DNA from: Eledone cirrhosa
Lineage: Eukaryota
Assembly (NCBI GenBank): GCA_964016885.1
Contig: OZ024741.1
Location: 100,564,001 to 100,628,000 of the forward strand
Direction of reading: 5' to 3'
DNA length: 64,000 bases
Shown piece by piece: positions 10,500-22,556 of this stretch. Position numbers and translations under genes: made by a program. The notes beneath the pieces are model-generated. The model did not search any database. It saw only the letters and a program-made list of their open reading frames with translations, and had not been told where the DNA came from. The stretch's first letter is position 1. Each line of letters begins with the position of its first letter.

Positions 10500-10835
10500 C
10501 ACTCTTTCTATTTCTTTTTATATTTTTAATTCTGTCAGCTGATGAAGGCTAGTAGTGTCCAAAACGTTAAGACTCTTTTCCTAGTGTATCAAACTAATAT
10601 CTATCTTCATTGTACTGTATTGTTTGGCATGTTGTTTCCATTTGCTTTTTGCATACACACACACACACCTTTCTATTTCATCTTTTATTTCTCATTCTAT
10701 CTTCTGATGAAGTACTAGTGTCTGAAACGTTAAGACACCTTTTCTATTATTTTAAGTGTTAAACTAATATATTTCTTCATTGTACTGTGTCGTTGCTTTG
10801 TTATTTCTGTTTATTTTTTACACACACACACACAC
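10500..10835 (+). mobile_element. Two tandem copies of a ~165-bp element with a minimal HHR-like core and (CA)n tail
   Basis: CTGATGA at 10539 and 10704, each followed by a short stem, (G/A)AAACGTTAAGAC and a shared AAACTAATAT..TCTTCATTGTACTGT tail. Third copy at 58280-58450. Confidence 0.7.
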
Positions 10836-10947
10836 GTTATAAAGAGTCGGGTCCCTGTCTCTTTATAATATAATCACACTCTACTACCCCAAGTATTGAG
10901 TACTCTGTTGAGTAATGGTCTAACCAGTTTCAAACTGAATTCATCCT

Positions 10948-10986
<39 letters not shown>

Positions 10987-11093
10987 CATACATACATATA
11001 TACATACACACACCAGGATCCTGTCTCTAATTATGTACTCCTGAAGCCTGACACAGCAACATTTTTTTTTTTTCTTTTTTTTTTTCAGGGTCA

Positions 11094-11280
11094 CCACTTT
11101 TAACAGAAATGTGTGGTTGATGTGTATATATATATTTTAAAGGAGCATTTCACACTTATATACTCCTCCGTCTTAGCAGTATTATATAGATGTAGTAGTC
11201 CTATTATAATTACCAGTTTAGCAGAGTTATGAAATGCTCCTCTTAAATATATACATCAACCATTCTTACTGCTAAAATGG
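11094..11280. mobile_element. Fold-back/MITE-like element with ~65-bp terminal inverted repeats
   Basis: TGGTTGATGTGTATATA..AAGGAGCATTTCA versus TGAAATGCTCCT..TATATACATCAACCA. Confidence 0.75.
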
Positions 11281-11309
11281 ACTTTAGTTTTTGTTTTTCC
11301 ATTATTTAT

Positions 11310-11820
11310 TAACAAAGGTTGAGCTGAGTAGAGCTGACATGCCAAGAGAAATAAAACAAACGAATTAAGATTTCAGAAAGGCTGCAAGAGAGATCTTCCG
11401 AGCCAACGCGAGAATTTTTCCCTTAGGGCACGTAGAGATACATTCTCCTCCCCTGGCGGTCATTGGCTGGGCTGAGCCAAATAACGCACGGAGAATGTAA
11501 ATGTGCCCGCAGAATGTAGGTCACTACAAGCTTTCCCCTTTTCTATATAAAGCGTAAAACTAATAAGACTTTTTGTACCTGTTTGTTGTCTCCTTGAACA
11601 ATATATATTCCTCTCTTTATTGTTCTCTTGTTTGTTCACCTGTCTCTCTTTCTCCACCCAATTCTTTTTATCCCAATAACTTATTTTAGTTATTGTTCGC
11701 GCTAGCCGGAGACATTTGGTCTTTAATGCGAAGAAATACCTATCATGGCTAGTAGATCACTGATGATGGATAGACCTATTTCTAATTCTTCATTTTAATT
11801 TGTATATCACATTTGCAACA
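11310..11820 (+). mobile_element. Possible solo LTR or promoter-like CpG-retaining insert
   Basis: Higher complexity and CpG content than flanks, ATTGG box (~11462), CTATATAAAG TATA (~11543), ends ..TGCAACA. No matching 5' TG or TSD identified. Confidence 0.3.
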
Positions 11821-11853
11821 CAGCACGCCATTTTTCATTTATATATATATATA

Positions 11854-12108
11854 CTAGCAGAAGTACCCGGCGTTGCCCAGGTGTAAGTCGACCTTTGGTC
11901 TGTTAGAATGTGTGAAAGTTACTTCCCACGCATCACAGGTTAAAAACTTCGAACTTCAATGAAAAAAGATAGGTTAGTAGACGCAGGTGTGTAATTTATT
12001 AATTGTAGTTACACAGTGTATCGTTGAAATTGTTCTCTGCACGACTGACGGAAGTCAAAATCGCTTGATATTGAATGTTCAGTTAATTTAAAGCAGGGTG
12101 AAAATGTC

Positions 12109-12146
<38 letters not shown>

Positions 12147-14155
12147 TTTTTGCGCTCACATGTGCAGAAGAAGAATTAAAAGGGCCTTTATCTTAACCGC
12201 GGCATAATGGCGAGTCTTTTGTGACAGTTTTTAAGAATATCGGACGTTCCTGTAAAAAGTTTTTCCATGTGTAACTTTGCCTTGTTTTTTTGCGCAAAGT
12301 CGAGCCCCGCTTCAGTTTTATTGATTTTTTTTTACATCAATGCGTGATCGCTGAAGTAGATTTGAGTAGCTAAAAACCTGTCCCGGTAAATTTGCTCTAG
12401 GTGAAAAAAAGTTGATCACAATTGTATCTAGGGTTATTGCCCTTTGCAACAGCCTCAACGTGTCTTCAAGTATGGTTTGTTAATTTGCTGTGGAACTAAA
12501 TCTACTTTCGTCAAATTGGACCGAGGAATCAATGTTTCCATTTCTCTTTCTAGCTAGTGTACCCGGATACACACGGATTTATAAGGCGCTGGATTTAAAT
12601 AAATGAAGAACAAACGTTTCCTTTTGTGCTCCTATCTGTGATATTGGTATTTTGAAAAAATAGTCCACAAACATCCATGGAGCATGTGTAACGCATGTAT
12701 CAGGTTATGAGAAAAAGGGTTTTCGATTCTCCATACATAAGATACCAAAAAATTACACGCAAATAAAACGGAATTTTAAGGCACTGCCCAATTCATAGCT
12801 GAAAGGTAAGAATCAAGTGGAATAATGTTTTGCGACATTGTCAAATGTACAACCGTACAAAAGCAAAGGATATAGCCATTGAAACTAGGTAGACCAAAGA
12901 ATTTGGTGGTGTTGTATATCACAGGATTGTTTCCCAAAGTGAAATTAGGTGATTGTAGTCGGTGTTGTATAAAAAAATAAAAGCATACGGAAGATTGAAC
13001 ACTTACGAATTAAGTGAAAATCACGTTGATATTCCTATCGGAGCAAAATGTGCCGAAAAACATGACGGATTGTTGTGTCAATATTGAAATCGTAGAAATT
13101 GCGAATCCCGACCTATAAGATATAATGGCTAGGCCTTGGAGGTGAAGGGGAAGAATTGGTATAATTGTTTTGCTGAACATTTTGACCATTAATTTAAATA
13201 GACATGCGGTTTGGTTGTTTATGACCTAGAATGAGGGCCGGTTAAACGCGGCAGAAAAATAAGCCATGCTGATGATGTTTAGGGGCGTCGCAGGGAATAG
13301 ATGAGGAGTTGTGAGTCAATTGTGAGGACAGTGGATGGCATGTTGATCGCTTTAGAAGACGCGATGCTACACAGGATGCTTCTCGGCCAAAATGTGTGCA
13401 CGTGTGCGCAATTAATTGCAAATACGCTCATAACATTTAGTCGTAAGCAGAACAAAAAATGCCATTAGAGGTGGGCTAATAATGGAGACACAAACCCTGG
13501 TGAACTTACGTTTAAACACCCGAAAAGTTACTCACTTCCTGTGCAAAAGACTAACAGTAGTATTATAAATTAAATAATTTTTTAGAACCTTTTGTTTAAA
13601 AAAGGAAAACATTGGATACGGACGTAACATTTTTTACAACTTTGTATGTGTACAATACAACTTGGTCAACGTATTATTTAGTAATTTTTTTTTTCAAAAA
13701 GCATGATTATTTAAGACTGTTTGAAAATTTACTCACAGCTTTTAGCATCACAAAAGACACCATTAAATTTGGTTCCATTTTCAGATAGGGATAATACTGT
13801 ATTTCCACTTGAATAAGGTGGAATATGAAAAGATAAACTCTTTAATGGTCGGTCGTTTACTGAGACAGCTGGCCGTCCAATCAATAACGCACGTCCTTAT
13901 ATGGGCATATGAAATTTATTTTTATTGCGCCAGATGTAAACTAAGAGTTCTTGTGTTCGAATTCACATAAAATTTCATTGGAATCGAAAAACATTGTCAT
14001 AGGGCCCGATTATCGATTTTTCGAAAATTTCAAGTAGCCTATTCCACTCTACGCGTTGAGTTTTATATATGTGTGAGGTTTCATGAAAATTGGATGAACG
14101 GTGTAGCATGCAAGTTCGGAACACGAAACAATGCCTATCTTCACTTTATATATAT
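11854..14155 (-). mobile_element. Non-autonomous Helitron (~2.3 kb) in (TA)n
   Basis: Minus-strand 3' end CCTGGGCAACGCCGGGTACTTCTG-CTAG at 11854-11881. Minus-strand 5' end TATATATAAAGTGAAG near 14140-14155. CpG-retaining non-coding interior. Second CTAG+hairpin end at 12550-12576. Confidence 0.75.
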
Positions 14156-15242
14156 ATATATATGAAAAGTAATTAACAACAAGGAGTACAGTTACGAAAG
14201 GTGTTAGGTATTAGGTTCACGCTTGATATATATATTTGTATCTATGTTTCTATATTGTTCATATGAAGAGTAGCAAAGAATCATTCTCTCCACCCTGTAT
14301 CAGTTCTTGTTCTGGCCACACTGATATTGCAGTAACCTAAAGAAGTAATTAGGCAACTTCAAGGAATGGTAAATTAATTAATTAAGGAAATAATAGGCAA
14401 AACATAGTTGCCAATAAAAGAACATCAAAATCTAATTAATAGGTAGCCCTGGAATAAGAAATAGTTCTGTTACATCTCTTAAACAACAGACATATCTATA
14501 TTGCCCTAAAGAATGCTTGGACTAGATTTTTTTCTTTTCTCTATATCCACACTCACTCACTCTCTCTCTCTCTCTCCTTCTATTTTTCTCCCCCTCTCTC
14601 TTTTCCCTCTCTTTCTCCCTCTTGTCTCTGTCTCCCCCCTCTCTTTCATTCCCCTCTCTCACTCTCCCCTTTTCTCTTTTTCTTTCTCTCCTCTCTCACT
14701 CTCCCTCCCTCTCTCTCCTGATAGTAATGTCTTTTAACTTTTCTGTCAAGATTAATAATATAATGTAATCATTAGAGGTTTTTATTCCTTTGTATCTTTA
14801 GGTTAGTATTGCTAAGTTCTTATCGAGACATTTTAATTAAATCTTCTTTTGAAGTTATACTTATTTCAAACCCACTTAGAAAACTTGTTTTGAATGTTTC
14901 CACCGAATGTTTTTTTTCTTCTTCTTCTTTTTTTAGTAATTTTATTGTTTCTTTGGTTTATAATATTTCTGCCCCAGTTTATTGGAGTTTCATTCTTCAC
15001 CTGGTATCAGCTTTACATCTTTTCTAGAAACATATTTGTTGTTTGTTGTTTCGTTTGGAACTATGTAAATGGCCTTTGTAGTTTTTAGTCAAGATCTTTC
15101 AAACCACTGTTGTCTTTAACTATGGCAGACTTTCTTTTGAAAATCTTGTGGAGGTATTTGTTATGGAGTGGTTTTACTCTCCAATTTATTTTTTCTTTGT
15201 TATATTTTTGATTTCTGGTATTTCTTTATTATTATTATTATG

Positions 15243-15499
15243 CCCTTGTGCCAAAAGTAGAAACAATTATTATTATTATAGTCCGAGTTCAAATCCCACC
15301 GAGGTTAACTTTGCCTTTCATTTTTACGGGGTCGATAAAATAAAGTACCAGTAATACACTGCGATAATTGCTGGCCTTGTGCCAAAGTAGAAACAAATTC
15401 TGCCAAGATTAACTTTGCCTTTATTCCTTACGAGGTCGATAAAATAAAGTACCAGTAATACACTGGGATAATTGTGCCAAAAGTAGAAACAAATTATTA
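15243..15499 (+). mobile_element. Tandem 3' fragments of tRNA-SINE family A
   Basis: GAGTTCAAATCC B-box, TTAACTTTGCCTTT..GGTCGATAAAATAAAGTACCAG twice, TGTGCCAAAAGTAGAAACAA tail three times. Confidence 0.85.
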
Positions 15500-15720
15500 A
15501 GTGCTGTTCGTTGGCAGAATCAGGAGGGCAGCAAACAATATGCTCTGCTTCATATCTTTAACTTCCTTAGTGATGATGATCATGATGATGACGATATTGT
15601 TTGCTCTCATTACATATCAATCAATCACATTTATTAATTTTTACATGAAGCTACATATCATCACATCACTCAGTGACTTTTGTAATCTCTATATACATAT
15701 ACTTGTTTTATTAAAGCTAG

Positions 15721-15822
15721 ATAGTGAGTCTTGTCACTGTGGATTTTTCCCCTGTTTATTACAGGGTCTTCAGATGACCCTGTGATAAACAGGCGAAACT
15801 CCGGAGTAACAAGACTCACTAT
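15721..15822. ncRNA. 102-bp palindrome of two head-to-head hammerhead motifs overlapping at the catalytic core
   Basis: Plus: CAGATGA-CCCTGT-GATAA-ACAGGC-GAAA-CTCCGGAG-TA. Minus: CTGAAGA-CCCTGT-AATAA-ACAGGG-GAAA. Outer arms ATAGTGAGTCTTGT / ACAAGACTCACTAT. Confidence 0.75.
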
Positions 15823-16404
15823 TTAACCTTAATAAAATGAATATTAAAACTTTACTTCGGTATTGAGTACTCTAGTCTCTCAGCCATCAACCATATATAT
15901 GTGTGTGTGTATATATATATACATATATATATATGTATATGTATGTGTATATATGTATGTATGTATGTGCAAAGACGACACACAAATTCTTGAAGCGTTC
16001 CATTTTTTTTTTTTTTTTTACAAGAGTGGTGCCCCAGCATGGCCTCAGCCAGATGGCTGGAACAGGTAAAAATGTATGTGTGTGTGTATTCATGTGTGAG
16101 TATGTATGAGTGTATGCATGTGTATGTATAAAACAGCTTGAAAATGTTTTTATTTGAAATTGCTTGCTTCTGTTCAGCTTTTGTTACTCTGAGACCAAAC
16201 AAAACAATTCACATCTATTATTTATTATTTTTACTTCTTTCACTGCTTTCACTGAGTCACTGCTAGTGTTTATATGTTTAATATCTATTTATTGTTGTAA
16301 CTATGTGAATGAGAGAGAGACCAGCAGGACTTGATAAAGAGTGAAGAGAATACCACAGCTTCAGAATTAGAATTTGTTTATATGCTAAATGTAATATTAT
16401 TGCT

Positions 16405-16600
16405 GTTGTTGTTTAGCCCTTGGTCAATCCTGCATAAGTAGACCTGTGATCAAAGGCATATTCTCTTTTTATAAATATATATGTCTTAGACTCTGTTATC
16501 TCGTGTATCCTTTCCGTATTTAAGACAGTAGTTTGTGAACCAAGGTGAAATTTAACTGCTGTTTTTAACAGATCAGTGACCACGTAGAGGCTCTGTCAAT
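16405..16600 (+). mobile_element. Copy of an abundant ~200-bp interspersed repeat (family C)
   Basis: TTGTTGTTTAGCCC..GATCAAAGGCAT..ATTTGGCTGCTATTTCTAGC..GACCACATAGAGGC consensus. Other copies near 19540, 20920, 25780, 26460(-), 28100, 44370(-), 46040(-), 51400, 52200(-), 59310(-), 62820(-). Confidence 0.7.
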
Positions 16601-17509
16601 GTATCATTAATAAGTGTGTTTATATAGGTGCTGGGCAGAACTGTCTATATTATTGCATTGAGGAAATATCTATTGGTGCTTGAAGATTTCACCATATATT
16701 GGCTTATATTTTTGTAACCATTTTTATTTTTATTTCTCTCTCTTATTTCTCTCATAATTTAATATCCCCTTTACCTCCTACACCTTCTCTTCCATGTTCA
16801 CTCACACAGTGATATCTCCTCTGCCATACCACATACACTCATCCACTGGTCTCTCCCAACTCTTTCACTCTCTCTAATTCAATAGTAACCTGCTATATCT
16901 TCAGACATGAAAGTAGAGTAGAAATTATTGCACATGTCAGCATATATACTGCTCATCACTATTTTTACTACTATCTTCACCACTCTGCCACCAACATAGC
17001 TCCGTCACCACCAACACCGCCCCACACTAGTTTAACCATCCCTAACAATGTCACTACTCTGGTACTGCAACAGCCAACATTAGCAATTGCATCATCACTC
17101 TTCTACTACCTAGATTACGAATTTTAATTAAAATTTTTAGCTAATTTAATCCACTGTTTCAAGAAAATTATGTCATGATAACTTTGCCTTACATATGCAT
17201 CTTCTCATCAATATATACACAGGGTATATACATACACTTTTGAGTTCTTTGATTGTGCATACATGCACACACACATAGTACTCGGACATTTTTAGATACA
17301 TATATTTACATACATACATTGGTCTGCAGGTGTATGTAAGCTGAAGAACAAATCACATATTTTATAAGCTTCATTTTCGTGGCATAAGCACACACACACT
17401 CACACATACACATTATACATATGTGTGTACCATCAGCCATTTTCTATTACTATCTGTCACTCGATCTTTCTCTTTCACCAGGAAACATGTAGCTGCCACC
17501 ACTGTCTCT

Positions 17510-17845
17510 CTGTTATTGCCCCCTCCATCTCTCTCTCTCATTGCTCCCTCCATCTCTCTCTCTCATTGCTCCCTCCATCTCTCTCTCTCATTGCTCCCTC
17601 CATGACTCTCACTACAAGTACTTTGTGTCATCCATCAAACCCTTACTCTTCTCTCTCTCTCTCATTGCTCTCTCCATGACTCTCACTACAAGTACTTTGT
17701 GTCATCCATCAAACCCTTACTCTTCTCTCTCTAGTCCTGTCCCTGTTCTCTCTCTATCTCTCTCCCTCTCATTGCTCTCTCCATGATTCTCACTACAAGT
17801 ACTTTGTGCCATCCATCAAACTCTTACTCCTCTCACTCTAGTCCT
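17510..17845. repeat. Compound tandem repeat (CT-rich ~25-bp units plus three ~75-bp units)
   Basis: CTCATTGCTCCCTCCAT repeats. CCATGACTCTCACTACAAGTACTTTGTGTCATCCATCAAAC three times. Confidence 0.9.
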
Positions 17846-18383
17846 CGCACTTCTCATGCTCTCTCTCTCGATCACATTGACTTTAAGCAATTGAGACACC
17901 AAAGACTCTTTAGCTTTGCAGAGTACAAGGCAACCTCACTAATACTGGTGTCCTAAAAAAAATGAATCCATTACATTCTATATAGCAGTTGGTGAACAAG
18001 CAGAGGCAATGTAGATTTGAGAGGACCTTTAATCTGGCTGAGGATATGACAACCTCACTAGAGTTAGTGCCATGATAAATTGCTTCTAGTAAACCCTGTA
18101 TAGCTGATGCTGTTAGAGAAGACATCCATCTCAAAATCGAACATACAAGCAAGATGTGGTCTTGTGACCCCCCCCCCCCCCCCCCCTTCTTTTGCTGCTT
18201 GACCGTTCCTTCTTTTTCTCCTTTTTGTTTTTTCCTTTTCTGTTCCCCTTAGTAGTGTGTTTTGATTTTATCAGATACTGCTCAAATATGTTTATATAAT
18301 GTCAGTGGCCTTTCATGACATTTTGAGATTCTGTATATTGAATAAAGTCACTTTATCATATACTTCAAATGCTTAGCCTGCAA

Positions 18384-18423
<40 letters not shown>

Positions 18424-21400
18424 TTATATATATATATATGTATTTATATATATACACACACACGCACAGAGAGAGAGAGAGAGTATTGACTTGGTGCAAC
18501 CAAAGCAGACGTTAAATGATGATGATGATACATTATATATATATACATATATAACCCTATTGTTTCCAACCTGGCCCAAACCGGCTCTGGTTCATCATCA
18601 TCATCATCATCATTCTATGAAATAAAACCCTATTGTAACCAACCTGGCCAAAACTGGCTCTGATTCTTTGAAATAAAACCATCCATTTTAAAGGTTTCCA
18701 ATTTAAATTAAAATCTTCCAACATAATTTTATATAAGAACCTTACATTAGTTAATATATTAGTAATGAAATGATTAGTAATGTTAGTAAATGCACCATTA
18801 ATTAATTGAAGTGAGGGTGTATTTCATTAGAAATACAGTCATGAAAGGGTTGAGTACAACTTTAAACTGTACAATTTCTACTACATACATACAAATCTTT
18901 TTTAGTTGAAAGGGCAACTGAGTGTAAAACTAATATGGTTTTGCACACACACACAAGCACTTTTCCCCTCATTAACTTATTCTCTTATCCACACACTGCC
19001 TCTCTTTTTCACCCACCCCACTCACCTTCTTTCTATCTCTTTCAATCTCACTTACCCCCTGTACCTTACCTTCCAAACCCACCCTCTCACTAACTATCTC
19101 TGTTTCACTGTCAGTTACTCAAACAAACACACTGCCCCCTCTCCTCTCACTCATTCATCCCTACTCACCCACTCTCTCACTCACCTTCAATCACCCTGTT
19201 TCTGAATTTCTCTCCCTACTCTAATTAATTTGATCTGCTGATCAATGCCAACATCTAAGAAATTCATCTGGACCAACTCTTGATTCAATATGTCATACAA
19301 ATGGTGCCAACACCACTGCCCTAAATATATTAATTTAGTCTAAAATTGTATTGCCTTGTATCAATACAATTAAGCATGAAAAACCCATTTCTATTTCTGG
19401 AAAGTTTTCTTTTACCCCAAACCATTGTTGAGTTGATGGTCTATTATTCAATCATTCACATCTGATTTACCATTTTTACTATTCTTCTGTAAATTCAGAG
19501 ATGTTTGTGGAAGAGAGGAAGATGATTATGATGATGTTATTTAGCCTAAGATCAGTCCTAATTAAAACAAATTTTTTTAAATGGTCTCAGTCATTACAGC
19601 TTTTACCATCTCTCTCTTTTTCAAACATATCTAGGACTATGTTATCCAGTGTGTTATTGTAGCTGACCATACCATCTTTCAGACAACGTTGTATTCAGGA
19701 CTACATTATCCAATGCTTTTCTTTTTGTTAAGACTGTGAAATGTAGTTTAAAGAGAATTTGGCTGCTATTTCTAGCATGTCGAGTGACTACATAGAGGTG
19801 GCCTTCATCTTACGTCTTTTGATACCAAGCTGCTTGAAGCTCACACTGGTTCTAAAAATCTTCCATCATAATTTTATGTAAAAAAAACCTTTGTTGAGTA
19901 ATGTTCCAAACACCAGTTTAATAATGATAAAGTTAGTTATATTATCAAATCCCTCCAAATTCTTGATTATTTTCAAAATAATTTAAATATCATACATAGG
20001 CTGTGTTTCATGAGATAATGAAAGAGTTAAGAAAAGCAAGACCTGTGGGTTTTTTTTCTTACTTCCATCTCCCATATACTGAAGTCTTTTGTGCTGGGCC
20101 ACTCATCATACAGTGGGTAGAATTTGGTTTCCTTGTCTTATTCCTACTTCTACTGTGAAGTATCTTGTGTTTTGCACTCACCATCTTGCTACTGAAAAAT
20201 TATTCTCATTACCACCCCTTCCCACCCACTAACTATACTTATGTCACTTCTCTCACCCACCCCACATGCCATTTCACATCTCTCTCTTCTCTCATTGCAT
20301 TTAATTAAGTTACTTTTATTAGTTTTTACGCAATGATAAACTAATTTTACCTCGGGGGTCCACTTTGTAATTTTAACAATACAACCATCGGTATTATTAC
20401 ATTTCGTTGTTGTGATTATTGTTATCGATTCTGTTATTGTTGTTGTTTTGTAAACCCCTTCCCTCGCCAGCTCTCAACACATAATCAATGATCAAATACA
20501 CATAATCAATCACCCCACACTTCACACTTGTCTATGTTGCCATGGAATTCCTTGTGAATTACAGTAGGCTAGGTCGTGATGTAGAATACAAGCTGACTCT
20601 TATTGTTTCTGTTGCCACAAAGACCAATCATGCCTCAAGGTTTCCTTCTCTTTCTCTTGTACATTTTAATTCTTTTACCTTTTACCTTTCTTTTTGTTTG
20701 TTTGTTTTCTTATTTCATCCATTTTGATTCATTAACATGGGTTTACTACATCTATAAATTTAAGCACAGCATTCAACAAGCATTTTAAAGTCATTTTCCC
20801 CTGCTAAAACAAGAGTTAGCTCTATAGGCCCCATAATGGGCATCATATTTATCATGGTACCAGGGGCATCTTCAGGCAGCTTGGTAGCAAAGAAGTTAGT
20901 AAAACTATAGCAAAATTGTTGCTTAACTGCAGGTCAGTTCTTATCAAGCAGAACTATGATCAAAGGCATTCCATCTATGACCATCTTGTCAACGATAGTT
21001 TATTCCTATATGTCTTTTTTTAAGAAGGTGGGGTATGATGTGAAGTAAATTTGGCTGCTATTTTTAGAAGCTAGCTCAACAAAATCATGTGCTTTGCTCT
21101 GTAGGGAGTTGAGTTGGGATTGAACAACAGCTTAGCTTGCAATTGATCTCACTATGTTAACTAGCAGCGTCAGTCAGGAGTGAACAAATTGACAGTGTTA
21201 TGTCATGGCTGCTAATTAGCTATAAATTATCCATTGATTAGAGAGAACTCCACTAAGAAAATAATTATCCACCTGGGAAATAGGTTGAAGCTATATATTT
21301 CCTCTCCACTAATCCTAAATTGTTGATCACAAATTATTACAATATGCTAATTAATAATCCATCAGCCTAGTCTTTCTTCAAATGATTCTGTTGTATGTTC

Positions 21401-21535
21401 TCTGGATAGGCCTTACAAGTGCTACAAGATTGGTGACTGCATTTTATGGGTTGTGACTTACATGTTATGACAGATGTGGCCAGATGGTATGACAGACATG
21501 GCCAGATGTGACCACATATGACAATGTTATGAGTG

Positions 21536-21724
21536 ATGTGGCCACATGTTACGAGTGATGTTGCCACATGTTACGACTGATGTTGCCACATGTTACGACT
21601 GATGTTGCCACATGTTACGACTGATGTTGCCACATGTTACGACTGATGTTGCCACATGTTACGACTGATGTTGCCACATGTTACGACTGATGTTGCCACA
21701 TGTTACGACTGATGTTGCCACATA
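21536..21724. repeat. 22-bp minisatellite, ~8-9 copies
   Basis: Unit GATGTTGCCACATGTTACGACT with degenerate flanking units. Confidence 0.97.
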
Positions 21725-22367
21725 TTATGGGAGATAATACCAGTTTGAGAGATGTGACCACGTGTTAATGGCAGATTTGATCACATGTTAGAGATGTGAC
21801 AGCATGCTGTGACATGTGGCCATATGTTTTGAGAGCTGTCACCACATATTACTTATTGTCCTTCCTTTTTTTAAATATAGTAGGCTCTTATTTGAAGCTG
21901 CTGTTATATCTAACAGTTTAAGTGACCATGTAGAACAGCAGTTCCTAGCCTGTGTTGTGGCCCAAATTAGGTCGAGGTATAATTTTGAAAGGGAAATTTT
22001 TATTATTGAAATATTTCATAAAACAAAATATTTATGATAAAAAAATACATTATAGAATAAGCCATAGATATTGAAGCAACATGTTTACTACAAACAACAA
22101 ACAAAACATCCCCCAAAAAGTATCAAATGCTAATTTTATTAAATATTTGGAAAATTATTTTATATTATTTTTTATTTAAAGTAGGTCATGGAGTATTAGG
22201 GATTTGTCAAAATGGGTTACAATGATAAAAAGTTGAGAACCAATGAATAACATAAAGGCTCACTCTCATTAGTTTGGTTGTCTTTCTTTTTTACAATGAA
22301 GATTAGATTTGTTTACAAATTCAGAACATTTGCTTGAAATGGTCTGTGTATTGTAATATTAAGCAAT

Positions 22368-22556
22368 AGGCAGTATCGGTAGAGGGTCGGACGCCATGCT
22401 TTGACGCATAGTTACCGCCCTTGCCATTCTGAGTTCAAATCCCGCCAAGGTTAACTTTGCCTTTCATCCTTACGGGGTCGATAAAATAAAGTACCAGTAA
22501 TGCACTGGGTAATTGCTGGCCTTGTGCCAAAAGTAGAAACAATTATGTTATATTAT
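22368..22556 (+). mobile_element. tRNA-derived SINE, family A
   Basis: GGCAGTATCGGTAG A-box, GAGTTCAAATCC B-box, GCCTTTCATCCTTACGGGGTCGATAAAATAAAGTACCAG core, TGTGCCAAAAGTAGAAACAATTA tail. Confidence 0.88.

Noticed and set aside
22368-22450. tRNA genes suggested by A/B boxes (also 43241, 61218, 61892)
   Set aside because: No complete cloverleaf. Each continues into a SINE body and tail.
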